Assembly (NCBI GenBank): GCA_964536935.1
Contig: CAZIBD010000006.1
Span: forward strand, 2,076 to 66,075
From: an uncultured bacterium
GTDB lineage: Bacteria; Deinococcota; Deinococci; Deinococcales; Trueperaceae
Direction: 5' to 3'
Length of the DNA: 64,000 bases
The notes beneath the pieces are model-generated. The model searched no databases. It saw nothing but the letters and a program-made list of their open reading frames with translations, and was not told the origin of the DNA. A program made the position numbers and the translations under genes. Below, one piece after another: positions 1-9,454 of this stretch; position 1 is the stretch's first letter; each line of letters opens with the position of its first letter.

Positions 1-173
1 TCGAGGTCCATCTCTTCGGCTTCTCGCACGACCTCTACGGAAGTGAGATCACCACGCGCTTCTACGCCTTCCTCCGGTCGCAGCAGCGCTTCGACGGTCT
101 CGACGGCCTCAAGGCGCAGCTCGCGCGCGACGGCGATGCCGCCCGCGAGGCGCTCAGGGCCTCGCCCGACTGA
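1..173 (+). CDS. ribF: Riboflavin kinase / FAD synthetase, C-terminal fragment (gene begins upstream of the window)
   Basis: Frame 3 reads EVHLFGFSHDLYGSEITTRFYAFLRSQQRFDGLDGLKAQLARDGDAAREALRASPD and stops at TGA 171-173. This is the typical riboflavin-kinase C-terminal pattern (DLYG ... F..LR....F.....L..Q...D). The ribF ... rpsO-pnp neighbourhood is classical. Confidence 0.6.
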   Translation, partial: EVHLFGFSHDLYGSEITTRFYAFLRSQQRFDGLDGLKAQLARDGDAAREALRASPD

Positions 174-189
174 GCCGTATACTCGCGCC

Positions 190-912
190 ATGCTCATCTA
201 CGGACGCCGCGCGGTGCTGGAAGCGCTCCAAGGAGGCACGGTCCAGCGCGTGATGGTGGCACGCGGCGTCAAGCCGCGGACGCTCGCGGACCTCCGGCGG
301 GCAGCGGAGCGTGCCGGCGTGCCCTTCGAGGAGGTGGCGCGCATCGAGCTCGATCGGGCCCTCAAGACCACCTCTCACCAGGGCGTCGCGGCGGAGCTAC
401 CGGAACCCCGCGAGGCCACCCTCGAGGACATCTTCGAGCGCGCCGCCGAGCGCGGCGAGCGGCTGCTGGTGGTGTTGCTCGACCACCTGACCGATCCCCA
501 CAACGTCGGTGCCATCATCCGTAGCGCCGAGGTGCTGGGCGCCCACGGGATCGTCACCGAGAGCCGCCGCAGCGCCCCGCTGTCCCCCATCGTGGTGAAG
601 ACGGCGGCGGGGGCCACGAGCCACCTGCCGCTGGTCGTGGTCCCCAACCTGCCGCAGGCCGTCGCTGCCCTCAAGGAGCGCAACGTGTGGGTCTACGGTG
701 CCGCAGGCGACGGCGCCCAGCTTCCCGAGGAGGTCGACTGGGACCGCGACGCCGCGATCGTGATCGGCTCCGAAGGTGAGGGCCTTCGCCGGCTTGTGCG
801 CGAGCGCTGCGACGACACCGTGCGCATCCCCACGCGCGGCAAGGTAGCCTCGCTCAATGCTTCGGTCGCCGCCGGTATCCTCATCTACAGCGTCCTGAAG
901 GCGCGTCGATAG
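190..912 (+). CDS. rlmB: SpoU/TrmH-family rRNA 2'-O-methyltransferase (RlmB-like)
   Basis: ATG at 190 gives MLIYGRRAVLEALQGG.... SpoU motifs are present: LLDHLTDPHNVGAIIRSAEVLGAHG, IVIGSEGEGLRRLV and IPTRGKVASLNASVAAGILIY. The upstream part of ORF 43..912 overlaps ribF and is Arg/Ser-rich junk. Confidence 0.75.
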   Translation: MLIYGRRAVLEALQGGTVQRVMVARGVKPRTLADLRRAAERAGVPFEEVARIELDRALKTTSHQGVAAELPEPREATLEDIFERAAERGERLLVVLLDHLTDPHNVGAIIRSAEVLGAHGIVTESRRSAPLSPIVVKTAAGATSHLPLVVVPNLPQAVAALKERNVWVYGAAGDGAQLPEEVDWDRDAAIVIGSEGEGLRRLVRERCDDTVRIPTRGKVASLNASVAAGILIYSVLKARR

Positions 913-945
913 CCGGAGGCTGGAACCCCCAGGAGGAGGAACCTC

Positions 946-2895
946 ATGCCGCGTCGCCTGGTCAGCGAAGACCTCTTGCGCCTCACCTTCGTCTCCGACC
1001 CTCGCCTCACTCCTGACGGACGCCGTGGCGCCGCCGTGGTCACGCGCATCGTGCCGGGCGAGGGGGACGCGCCGCCCCGCTACCGCTCGCGCGTAGCGCT
1101 CTACGATCTCGCGCGCGGCGAGGAGCGTGCCTTCACGGGCGGCGCCCACGCCGACACCGCGCCGCGCTTCGCGCCGGACGGCACCCGCCTGGCCTTCCTC
1201 CGGCAAGAGGGCGAGAAGGGCAAGCGCCAGCTGGCGCTGATGCCGCTCGACGGCGGTGAGGCCGAGGTCGTCACCGCCTTCGCCTCGGGTGTGGGCACCT
1301 ACGCCTGGCACCCCGATGGGCGACGGCTCGCCCTCACCACGCGAGGCGACTGGAAGGACGAGGCGGACCAGCGCGGCCTGCCACGACGCATCGCGCGGCT
1401 CCGCTACAAGAGCAACGGCGAAGGCTTTCTGCCCGAGGAGCCTGCCCAGCTCTACCTGTTCAGCCTGCGCAGCGGCCGCGCCCGACCCCTCACCGACCTG
1501 CCGGTGAGCGCCTCCGCGCCCGCCTTCTCCCCCGACGGCGTCACGCTCTACTTCGTCAGCGCCGAAAACGCGGAGCAGGACGACGACTGGCGCGGCGGCA
1601 TCTACGCCCTCGACGTGAAGAGCCGTGCTGTGCGTTTGGTCGCCGGCGACCTGCTCACGCCCCGCGCGCCGGTCCCCTCGCCCGACGGGCGCCACCTCGC
1701 CTACCTCGCACCGTCGGTGCCGGAGGACATCGGCAGCCCCACCGGCGTCTGGGTCGTCGAGGCGGCCGGCGGGCGGCCCCACCTCCTCACCGGCGGTCTC
1801 GACGCCGAGTCCAGCGTCGGCGGCGACAGCCACTACGGTTCGTACCCCCAGGACCCGGTCTGGGACGACGCGGACAGCCTCGTGTTCAACCTGAACCGGG
1901 AGGGGGCCAGCGGGCTCGCGCGGGTAGCGCTGGAAGGCGGCGTCACGCCGCTCATGGACGGACGGCGCGCGGTGACGTCCTTCGCCTACGCCGCCGGTCG
2001 GGCGCTCACCACCGTGGAGACGCCGACCGAGCCCGGCGAGCTGCTGCTGCGCGAGCCCGGCAGCCAGGAGCGCAGGGTGAGCGACTACAATCGCGCCTGG
2101 CTGGATGAGGTCCGGCTCAAGCGGCCCTCCGACACCGTGACCTTCCCCTCCGACGACGGTCATGAGCTCAGCTACTGGACCCTGCCGCCGGTGCGCGCGC
2201 GGCGCGACCGCGCGGTGGTGGCCGAGGTCCATGGCGGACCCCATACCAACTACGGCTTCGGCTTCTACTTCGAGTTCCACCTGTTGTCAGCCCGTGGCTA
2301 CACCGTCGTCTACGGCAATCCGCGGGGCGGCAGCTCCTACGGCCCGGCCTTCTTCCAGGCGGTCCTGGCGGACTACGGCGGCGGCGACGCTCGCGACGTG
2401 CTTGCGATCGTCGACCATGCCATGGAACGGCACCGCGACCCGACCGCGCCCGTCCATCTCACGGGCGGCAGCTACGGCGGCTTCATGACCAACTGGCTCG
2501 TCGGGGTCACCGACCGCTTCCGGAGCGCGGTCACGCAGCGCAGCATCTGCAACTGGCTGAGCATGTACGGCACCTCCGACATCGGCTACCGCTTCGTGGA
2601 GCGCGAACAGGGCGGCACGCCCTGGCAGGATCTGGCGCGCCTCTGGGACCAGAGCCCCCTGAAGAACGTCGCCAAGGTCACCACGCCGACGCTGATCGTG
2701 CACGCCGAGCAGGACCTCCGCTGCCCCATGGAACAGGCGGAGCAGTGGTTCTCCGCTCTCAAGCGGCTCGGCCGCGCCGACGTGGAGCTCCTGCGCTTCC
2801 CCGACGAGAGCCACGAGCTCTCGCGCGGCGGCCGACCCGATCGGCGCATCGCACGCCTGGAGGCGATCGTCGACTGGTTCGAGCGCCACGCGTGA
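946..2895 (+). CDS. S9-family serine peptidase (acylaminoacyl-peptidase / prolyl oligopeptidase-like)
   Basis: 649 aa with an AGGAGGAGG RBS before ATG 946. The N-terminal half looks like a beta-propeller (repeated SPDG/APDG motifs). The C-terminal half is an alpha/beta hydrolase with nucleophile elbow LTGGSYGGFM, acid VHAEQDLRCP and FPDESHEL. Confidence 0.85.
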   Translation: MPRRLVSEDLLRLTFVSDPRLTPDGRRGAAVVTRIVPGEGDAPPRYRSRVALYDLARGEERAFTGGAHADTAPRFAPDGTRLAFLRQEGEKGKRQLALMPLDGGEAEVVTAFASGVGTYAWHPDGRRLALTTRGDWKDEADQRGLPRRIARLRYKSNGEGFLPEEPAQLYLFSLRSGRARPLTDLPVSASAPAFSPDGVTLYFVSAENAEQDDDWRGGIYALDVKSRAVRLVAGDLLTPRAPVPSPDGRHLAYLAPSVPEDIGSPTGVWVVEAAGGRPHLLTGGLDAESSVGGDSHYGSYPQDPVWDDADSLVFNLNREGASGLARVALEGGVTPLMDGRRAVTSFAYAAGRALTTVETPTEPGELLLREPGSQERRVSDYNRAWLDEVRLKRPSDTVTFPSDDGHELSYWTLPPVRARRDRAVVAEVHGGPHTNYGFGFYFEFHLLSARGYTVVYGNPRGGSSYGPAFFQAVLADYGGGDARDVLAIVDHAMERHRDPTAPVHLTGGSYGGFMTNWLVGVTDRFRSAVTQRSICNWLSMYGTSDIGYRFVEREQGGTPWQDLARLWDQSPLKNVAKVTTPTLIVHAEQDLRCPMEQAEQWFSALKRLGRADVELLRFPDESHELSRGGRPDRRIARLEAIVDWFERHA

Positions 2896-2937
2896 GCACC
2901 GCGAGCGGGGGCGCTCTCCCGCTCGCGAGCACGAGGC

Positions 2938-3354
2938 TCAGTCGACCACGGTGGCGAGCACCGTGCGGGGCCCGCCGCGTTCGCGGAACTCGCACAGGTA
3001 GATCCCCTGCCAGCGTCCGAGCGCCGCTCGACCGCCGCGCCACGGAAGGGTGAGCGACGCGCCGACCACCGCGGCCTTGGCGTGTGCCGGCATGTCGTCC
3101 GCACCTTCGAGGGTGTGCTCGAAGTACGCCGCCCCGTCGGGGGCCAGGCGCCGGAACCAGCGCTCGAGGTCGGTGCGCACCTCCGGCGAGGCATTCTCGC
3201 CGAGGGTCAGGCCCGCCGAGGTGTGCTGTAGGAACAGGTGCAGCAGACCGAGCTCGACACCGTCGGCGTCGATGGCGGCGAGGATCTCGCGGGTCACCAG
3301 GTGGACACCGCGCGGTCGCGGAGCGAGGTCGATGGTGAAGCTGTGCATGGCCAT
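2938..3354 (-). CDS. yjbQ: YjbQ/UPF0047-family protein (secondary thiamine-phosphate synthase-like)
   Basis: From the internal ATG at 3354: [24 protein letters not shown]...[26 protein letters not shown]...[37 protein letters not shown]. This is the characteristic YjbQ pattern. The N-terminal 49 aa of ORF 2938..3501 are Arg/Gly-rich and unlikely to be coding. Confidence 0.8.
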   Translation of the reverse strand: MAMHSFTIDLAPRPRGVHLVTREILAAIDADGVELGLLHLFLQHTSAGLTLGENASPEVRTDLERWFRRLAPDGAAYFEHTLEGADDMPAHAKAAVVGASLTLPWRGGRAALGRWQGIYLCEFRERGGPRTVLATVVD

Positions 3355-3493
3355 GGCGCGAGGATACGGGAGAGCGCCGGCTCCAGCTTCGGGACGCCGC
3401 GTTCCGGGGGCGCCCCGCCCTTCCTGCCCGCGACCATGCGACGGGACACGCCGCCCGCGACGGCGAGGACCACCGAGCGGCGTAGGGGTTGCC

Positions 3494-3523
3494 TTGGACA
3501 TGCGGGGTCGAACGTGCTACATT
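3494..3523 (+). promoter_or_regulatory. Candidate sigma-70-type promoter for rpsO (TTGGAC-N18-TGcTACATT)
   Basis: TTGGAC at 3494-3499, an 18-nt spacer ending in TGC (extended -10), and TACATT at 3518-3523. It sits about 150 nt upstream of the rpsO ATG in a locally less GC-rich patch. Confidence 0.35.
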
Positions 3524-3669
3524 GGCTCGCTAGGGCGCTGATCTCGCCAGGCCATCGAGCCCGCGAGTGGTGCCCCCACTCGCGCGCGGCATCGTCGACT
3601 ATGCCACGGATCCGCGCGGGAACCCTGTCACAGGGCGCCCTCAGGGCGCCGCGGAAGGCAACGATATCT

Positions 3670-3939
3670 ATGGCGATGGCTGCAGACAAGAAGCTCGAGA
3701 TCATCCGCACCTACGGCAAGGACGACAAGGATACCGGGTCCACCGCCGTGCAGGTCGCATTGCTCACGGCCCGTATCGAGGAGCTGAGCCAGCACCTTCG
3801 TACGCACACCAAGGACCACCACAGCCGCCGCGGGCTGCTCAAGATGGTCGGGCAGCGCAAGCGCCTGCTCGGCTACCTCGAGCGCACGGACTACGACGGC
3901 TACAAGGAACTCATCGCGAGTCTCGGCCTGCGCCGCTGA
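3670..3939 (+). CDS. rpsO: 30S ribosomal protein S15
   Basis: 89 aa: [70 protein letters not shown]... An unmistakable S15 sequence. GGAAGG RBS at 3653-3658. Confidence 0.95.
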   Translation: MAMAADKKLEIIRTYGKDDKDTGSTAVQVALLTARIEELSQHLRTHTKDHHSRRGLLKMVGQRKRLLGYLERTDYDGYKELIASLGLRR

Positions 3940-4023
3940 GGGGCCGTATCGGACGAGCGTGACCCCCGACCGTACCCAGCAACAAGCCACGCAACCCACG
4001 TCGAAGGACGCTTCCGGCGAGGC

Positions 4024-4050
4024 CACCGCTGCCTCGCCGGTCCACTATGA
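4024..4050 (+). terminator. rpsO-pnp intergenic stem-loop (attenuator/terminator or RNase processing site)
   Basis: A perfect 9-bp stem CCGGCGAGG / CCTCGCCGG with a 9-nt loop, 85 nt after the rpsO stop. There is no U-tract. Confidence 0.4.
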
Positions 4051-4149
4051 GCCCCGGCCACGCTCGCGACCGAAGTCGCTCGGGGCGATCCGCGGCCGAC
4101 CCGCCACCGGGCGGGACGCCCGCACGTTCGGGACCGTGAAGGAGACACC

Positions 4150-6378
4150 GTGAACCTACCCAGCCATCGACGCTACGCCACCCAGCTCGGAGGGCGCGAG
4201 CTCGTCATCGAGACCGGCAAGTACGCCAAGCAGGTCTCCGGTAGCGTCACCGTCCGCTACGGCGACAGCATGGTGCTGGTCACCGCCCACATGAACGACT
4301 CCGGCTCACCGTTGCCGTTCCTGCCGCTCACGGTCGAGTACGAGGAGCGTCACTACGCCATCGGCAAGATTCCCGGCTCGTTCCTCCGGCGCGAAGGGCG
4401 CCCCGGCCAGCAGGCCACGCTCAACGCCCGCATCACCGACCGGCAGATCCGCCCGCTGTTCCCCAAACAGCTCCGCAACGAGGTGCAGGTCATCTGCACC
4501 GTTCTGTCGGCCGATCAGCAGAGCGACCCCGGCCCGCTGGCCGCCATCGGCGCCTCGGCCGCCCTCTCCATCAGCGACGTCCCCTGGAACGGCCCCACGG
4601 CGTGCTGCGTGGTGGGCTACAAGGACGGGCAGTACATCATCAACCCGTCGCTGGAGGCGCTGCGTGACGGCAGCTCACAGCTCGAGCTCACCGTCGCGGC
4701 CAGCAAGGACGCGGTCATGATGGTGGAGGCCGCAGCCAGCGAGCTTCCCGAGGACGTCATGGTCGGCGCCATCGAGGCCGCCCACGAGGCCCTCAAGCCG
4801 GTCGTCGACCTGATCGCGCAGATGCGCGAGGAGGTCGGCAAGCCCAAGAAGGGCTTCGAGCCCGCCGTCGACGTCGAGCCCTCCGATATCGAGACCATGG
4901 CGCACGAAGCCGCCTCGGCGGGCCTGCGCGAGGCGCTGCTGACGACCGGGAAGCACGAGCGCGCCGACGCCGTCAAGGCGCTCCGCGACGGCATCCTCGA
5001 ACGCCTCGTGCCCGATGCCGAGGCCGATGGCGCCCAGGACCGCCTCAAGCAGCTCAAGGCCGCCTTCGACAAGGCGGAGCAGGCCGAGATGCGACGCCTG
5101 GTGCTGGAGGAGAACCAGCGCACCGACGGCCGCCGCCCCGACGAGATCCGGCCCATCTGGATCGAGACCGGCGTGCTCCCGATGGCGCACGGCTCGGCCG
5201 TGTTCACCCGCGGCGAGACGCAGGTGCTCGCGACGGCCACCCTCGGCACCGGGCGCGACAACCGCCTGGTCGATGATCTCGGCCTGGACGACACCGAAGA
5301 GTTCATGCTCCACTACAACTTCCCGCCCTTCTCAACCGGCGAGGTGAAGCGCCTGCGCGGCACCTCGCGCCGCGAGGTCGGCCACGGCAACCTGGCCCGA
5401 CGGGCGCTCGTGGGCATGGTGCCCAGCCAGGAGGACTTCCCGTACGTGCTGCGCGTGGTCGCCGAGACGCTCGAATCGAACGGCTCGAGCTCGATGGCCA
5501 CCGTCTGCTCCGGCTCGCTGGCGCTGATGGACGCGGGCGTCCCCGTGCACAAGCCGGTGGCGGGCATCGCCATGGGCCTGGTCAAGGATGGCGAACGCTA
5601 TAAGATCCTCAGCGACATCCTCGGCTCCGAGGACGCCCTGGGCGACATGGACTTCAAGGTCACCGGCACGTCCGAAGGCGTGACCGCGCTGCAGATGGAC
5701 ATCAAGATCACTGGCATCACCCCCGCCATCATGCGCGAGGCGCTCGCGCAGGCTCGCGCCGGCCGGCTCCACATCCTCGGCAAGATGCGCGAGGTCCTGC
5801 CGGCCCCGCGCGGCGAGATCTCACCGCGCGCCCCGCGCATCATCAGCGTCCGCATCCCCGTCGACAAGATCGGCACGGTGATCGGGCCCGGCGGCAAGCA
5901 GATCCGCGAGCTCGAGGCGCTCGGCTGCACCGTCGAGGTCGCCGAGGACGGGCTCATCAAGATCTACAGCGAGGACTCCGCGGCCGCCAAGGAAGTGGCC
6001 AAGCGCATCGAGGAGATGACGGCCACCGCCGAGGTCGGCCAGGAGTACGACGGCCGCGTCGCCAAGGTCACCGACTTCGGCGCCTTCATCACGCTCTTCC
6101 CCGGCACCGATGGGCTGCTGCACATCTCGCAGATCGCCGAGGAGCGCGTGCAACGCGTCGAGGACTACCTCAAGGAGGGTGACCAGGTCCGCGTCAAGGT
6201 CAACGCCATCGACGATCGGGGCAAGATCGACCTGGTCCGTCCCGAGCTCGAGGGCAAGATCCCGCCGCGCGGCAGCGGCGGCGGGCGACGGGGCGGCCCC
6301 CGGGGGGGCCGCGACCGCGGACCTCGCGGCGACGGCAGGGAACGTAGCGAGCGCCGCCCTCCACGGGACCGGCGGTGA
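4150..6378 (+). CDS. pnp: Polyribonucleotide nucleotidyltransferase (PNPase) with an Arg/Gly-rich C-terminal tail
   Basis: 742 aa, GTG 4150 preceded by GAAGGAG. Contains two RNase PH domains, a KH domain ([16 protein letters not shown]) and an S1 domain ([15 protein letters not shown]). It lies immediately downstream of rpsO. Confidence 0.95.
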   Translation: MNLPSHRRYATQLGGRELVIETGKYAKQVSGSVTVRYGDSMVLVTAHMNDSGSPLPFLPLTVEYEERHYAIGKIPGSFLRREGRPGQQATLNARITDRQIRPLFPKQLRNEVQVICTVLSADQQSDPGPLAAIGASAALSISDVPWNGPTACCVVGYKDGQYIINPSLEALRDGSSQLELTVAASKDAVMMVEAAASELPEDVMVGAIEAAHEALKPVVDLIAQMREEVGKPKKGFEPAVDVEPSDIETMAHEAASAGLREALLTTGKHERADAVKALRDGILERLVPDAEADGAQDRLKQLKAAFDKAEQAEMRRLVLEENQRTDGRRPDEIRPIWIETGVLPMAHGSAVFTRGETQVLATATLGTGRDNRLVDDLGLDDTEEFMLHYNFPPFSTGEVKRLRGTSRREVGHGNLARRALVGMVPSQEDFPYVLRVVAETLESNGSSSMATVCSGSLALMDAGVPVHKPVAGIAMGLVKDGERYKILSDILGSEDALGDMDFKVTGTSEGVTALQMDIKITGITPAIMREALAQARAGRLHILGKMREVLPAPRGEISPRAPRIISVRIPVDKIGTVIGPGGKQIRELEALGCTVEVAEDGLIKIYSEDSAAAKEVAKRIEEMTATAEVGQEYDGRVAKVTDFGAFITLFPGTDGLLHISQIAEERVQRVEDYLKEGDQVRVKVNAIDDRGKIDLVRPELEGKIPPRGSGGGRRGGPRGGRDRGPRGDGRERSERRPPRDRR

Positions 6379-6735
6379 GGTAAGAAGATAGGGGGGGCTC
6401 CTTCCGGTCCGCGACGGAGGGGGCTTCAGGCGGCGCCGCAGCGCCGCAGCGATCGGGTCGCAGGGCGGCGCGGACCGCAACCGACCCGGCTCGGCGGATC
6501 GAACCAGCGCAGCAAGCGACGGCGCGACGAGCCGACGGCAGCGCCCCACTTGGGACGCCGGGACGCCCCGGAAAGCGTGTCCCAAAGTATTTTGCGCGCA
6601 CGACCCGTCCACGAGTGGACGATCCGGTCGTGCAACAAGCGATTCCGGCACGGCGCATGCCGCCGCCGACGAGGGCGTCCAAGCGGGCCCTCGTCGCGGG
6701 CGTGCGGTGGTGCCGGTGGACACGAGAGGAGTGTC

Positions 6736-8391
6736 ATGGCTGCGGACGACCGCAAACTGCGCATCATCCCGCTGGGCGGCATGGGCGAGATCGGCAAGAA
6801 CATGTTCGCGTTCGAGTACGAGAACGAGGTCCTGCTGATCGACGGAGGCCTCGCCTTCCCCGACGCCGACATGCTGGGCGTCGACATCCTGGTCCCCAAG
6901 ATCGACTGGGTGATCGAGAACGCCCACAAGATCAAGGGCTGGGTGCTCACGCACGGGCACGAGGACCACATCGGCGGGCTGCCCTACATGATCAAGCTGC
7001 TGCCCAAGATCCCCATGTACGGCGCCAAGCTCACGCTGGGCCTGCTCCGGGGCAAGTTCGAGGAGTTCAAGCTCTCCGAATCCGACGTCGATCTCCACGA
7101 GATCACACCGGACGATCGCATCAAGATCAGCAAGTACTTCACCGTGGACTTCTTCAGGATGACCCACTCCATCCCCGACAACAGCGGGCTGGTCATCCAC
7201 ACGCCGCTCGGTCGCGTCGTGCACTCGGGCGACTTCAAGCTCGACTACAATCCGGCGGACGGCAAGACCAGCCACCTCCACAAGCTGGCGCAGGCCGGCG
7301 AGGACGGCGTTCTGCTGCTCATCTCGGACTCCACCAACGCCGAGCGGCCCGGCTACACGCCCAGCGAGCGCGACGTCATGTCCGCGGTCGAGGACATCGT
7401 CGCCAAGACCCGCGGGCGCGTGATCGTCACCACCTTCTCCAGCCACGTCCACCGGCTCCAGAACTTCGTCCGCATCGCGGAGAAGTTCGACCGACGCGTG
7501 ATCATGGAGGGGCGCTCGATGGTGAAGAACGCGACCATCGCGCAGGAGCTGGGTTACCTGGAGTCCAAGGAGCCGTTCGTCGCCAGCGAGAACGTGGGCG
7601 ACCTTCAGGACGACAAGGTCTTGTTCCTGTGCACGGGCTCCCAGGGCCAGCCGATGGCCGCGCTCAGTCGACTCGCCTCGGGAAGCCACCGCAAGATCAA
7701 CCTAAAGCCCGGCGACACCGTCATCATGTCCTCGAACCCCATCCCGGGCAACGAGGAGGCGGTGGGGCGGGTGATCAACCAGCTCTACGAACGCAACGTC
7801 AACGTCTTCTACCCGCCGACCTACAAGGTGCACGCCTCGGGCCACGCCTCGCAGGAGGAGCTGAAGCTGATCCTCGACCTCACGCGCCCGCGCTTCTTCA
7901 TGCCGTGGCACGGTGAGATACGGCACCAGGTCAACCACCAGCGCCTCGCCGAAGGCATGAGCCATCCGCCCAAGAAGGTCGTCATCGCGCACAACGGCGA
8001 CGTGCTGGAGCTCACCCGCGACAACCTCAAGGTGACTGGGCAGGTCGAGGCCGGCGTCGTCTTCATCGACAGCGTCGGGCGCGTGGGCGACGAGGTGACC
8101 GAGCCGGTCATCCGCGACCGCCAGATGCTGTCGGCGGAAGGCGTCATCGTGATCATGGCGCTCGCGGGGCGCAAGCCGTCGGTGGAGGTCATCACCCGCG
8201 GCGTCGCGCAGGGCGAGAACGGCCTGGTGAAGGAGATCGAGCGCATCGCCCTGGAGGGGCTCCAGCGCGGCGTGCGCGAGAAGCGTCGCCTCAACGACAT
8301 CCGTGACGACATCTTCTACCCGGTGCGGCGTTACATCCGCAAGGCCACCGGTCGCAACCCGCTGATCGTGCCGACCGTGCTGCAGAGCTGA
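6736..8391 (+). CDS. rnj: Ribonuclease J (metallo-beta-lactamase / beta-CASP RNase)
   Basis: ATG 6736 after a GAGAGGAG RBS: MAADDRKLRIIPLGGMGEIGKNMFAFEY...THGHEDHIGGLPY...HASGHASQEEL. The N-terminal 62 aa of ORF 6550..8391 are Arg-rich and not RNase J-like. Confidence 0.9.
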   Translation: MAADDRKLRIIPLGGMGEIGKNMFAFEYENEVLLIDGGLAFPDADMLGVDILVPKIDWVIENAHKIKGWVLTHGHEDHIGGLPYMIKLLPKIPMYGAKLTLGLLRGKFEEFKLSESDVDLHEITPDDRIKISKYFTVDFFRMTHSIPDNSGLVIHTPLGRVVHSGDFKLDYNPADGKTSHLHKLAQAGEDGVLLLISDSTNAERPGYTPSERDVMSAVEDIVAKTRGRVIVTTFSSHVHRLQNFVRIAEKFDRRVIMEGRSMVKNATIAQELGYLESKEPFVASENVGDLQDDKVLFLCTGSQGQPMAALSRLASGSHRKINLKPGDTVIMSSNPIPGNEEAVGRVINQLYERNVNVFYPPTYKVHASGHASQEELKLILDLTRPRFFMPWHGEIRHQVNHQRLAEGMSHPPKKVVIAHNGDVLELTRDNLKVTGQVEAGVVFIDSVGRVGDEVTEPVIRDRQMLSAEGVIVIMALAGRKPSVEVITRGVAQGENGLVKEIERIALEGLQRGVREKRRLNDIRDDIFYPVRRYIRKATGRNPLIVPTVLQS

Positions 8392-8437
8392 GCGAACCGG
8401 GGGCGTGCCGACCCGGTCGGAAGCGCCCCACCATCGA

Positions 8438-8461
8438 CGCGGGGGCCTCAGGGCCCCCGCG
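8438..8461. terminator. Bidirectional stem-loop between convergent rnj and the NUDIX gene
   Basis: A perfect 10-bp GC stem CGCGGGGGCC / GGCCCCCGCG with loop TCAG. It is preceded by a second hairpin (GGGGCG..CCGAC/GTCGG..CGCCCC). It lies in the 83-nt gap between two convergent stop codons. Confidence 0.45.
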
Positions 8462-8474
8462 GACGTTCGAACGC

Positions 8475-9125
8475 TCACACGATGGGTTGGGTGGCCCAGG
8501 GCTCGGGCTCGGCGCCGCCGAGCCAGTCGCGTAGCCGCTCCAGCGCGCTGGCCGTGAGGGCGCGCCCCTGCGCGATCACGTCGTCCTCCACCAGCAGGGC
8601 ATTGCTGACACGGCGCTGGCAATCGTAGCCGGCGGCCGCCACGTAGCGACCCTCCCGATAGAGGTCGAGGGCGCGGTCGATCGGCACCTCGTAGAGCACG
8701 TCGACCTCGTCGCAGGCCAGCACGTACTCCTCGAGGGGGCGCTCGTCGCGGACGGCGTAGACGTCCTGGACCTCGCGATCGAGGCCCGCCCGGTAGCTTC
8801 GCACCGAGCGCGCGCTTCCGAGGAACGTGAGTTGACCCGGGCGGACGACGAGCCCGATCTCCTCCTCGGCCTCGCGCACGACGTCGACCAGCGTCTCCCC
8901 CACGCGGACGTGCCCGCCGACCGTCACGTCGAGCTTGCCGGCCTCCAGGTCCTTGTACCGGGAACGGCGCTGCAGCAGCACCAGCCGCCCCTCGCGCACC
9001 ACCCACAGGTGGAAGGCGCGATGCCAGTCGCCGTCGGCGTGCACCTGCGCCCGCCCCTTGCCGCGGCCGAGCGGGAGGCCGTCGGCGTCGAGGAGCTCGA
9101 GCTGCTCGTCGGCGGGGCTTCGCAT
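8475..9125 (-). CDS. NUDIX hydrolase
   Basis: From ATG 9125: MRSPADEQLELLDADGLPLGRGKGRAQVHADGDWHRAFHLWVV.... NUDIX box GGHVRVGETLVDVVREAEEEIGL. The start is chosen at the internal Met, so the first 42 aa of ORF 8475..9251 are uncertain. Confidence 0.75.
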   Translation of the reverse strand: MRSPADEQLELLDADGLPLGRGKGRAQVHADGDWHRAFHLWVVREGRLVLLQRRSRYKDLEAGKLDVTVGGHVRVGETLVDVVREAEEEIGLVVRPGQLTFLGSARSVRSYRAGLDREVQDVYAVRDERPLEEYVLACDEVDVLYEVPIDRALDLYREGRYVAAAGYDCQRRVSNALLVEDDVIAQGRALTASALERLRDWLGGAEPEPWATQPIV

Positions 9126-9289
9126 GCCGTCATTGTAGGTGGGCCCCGGCGGCCCGAGCGCGAATCCCCTCGCATGGCGGCCTTCGCCGTCGGCCCCTGT
9201 CCGCGATGGGGCCGGACCTTGCTTGACGGGCTGCACGGGGCGCTCGTACACTTTGAAGGCAACGGCGCGCTTGCGTTGTTGCCGGCACT

Positions 9290-9366
9290 CCGGGGTGTAG
9301 CGCAGCCTGGTAGCGCACTTGACTGGGGGTCAAGTGGTCGCTGGTTCAAATCCAGTCACCCCGACC
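9290..9366 (+). tRNA. tRNA-Pro (anticodon GGG), CCA encoded
   Basis: Hand-folded cloverleaf. Acceptor CGGGGTG/CACCCCG. D arm GCGC-AGCCTGGTA-GCGC. Anticodon arm CTTGA-CTGGGGG-TCAAG (anticodon GGG). T arm GCTGG-TTCAAAT-CCAGT. Discriminator A plus CCA. Confidence 0.9.
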
Positions 9367-9422
9367 AAGCGTCCTAGAGGCGAACCCTGGGCTCCGGTCC
9401 AGGGTTCTTTCTTGCCTCGGTC
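9367..9422 (+). repeat. Copy A of an imperfect ~55-bp direct repeat (tRNA-Pro 3' flank including its terminator)
   Basis: AGCGTCCTAGAGGCGAACCCTGGGCTCCGGTCCAGGGTTCTTTCTTGCCTCGGTCA aligns collinearly with 14143-14196. Shared blocks are AGCGTCCTA, GCGAACCCTG, CTCCGGTCC, GGGTTC, CTTGCC and TCG(G)TCA. Confidence 0.6.
9381..9412 (+). terminator. Rho-independent terminator of tRNA-Pro
   Basis: 9-bp stem GAACCCTGG / CCAGGGTTC, 8-nt loop, followed by TTTCTT. Confidence 0.6.
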
Positions 9423-9454
9423 ACTCATACGCGATTTACCGGCGTCAACCCCGG

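Noticed and set aside
397-2280. A 627-aa ORF on the minus strand, antisense to rlmB and the S9 peptidase.
   Set aside because: The composition is dominated by Arg/Gly/Ala/Pro/Val with no recognisable motif. It is the mirror frame of two well-supported genes, which makes it a typical GC-rich shadow ORF.
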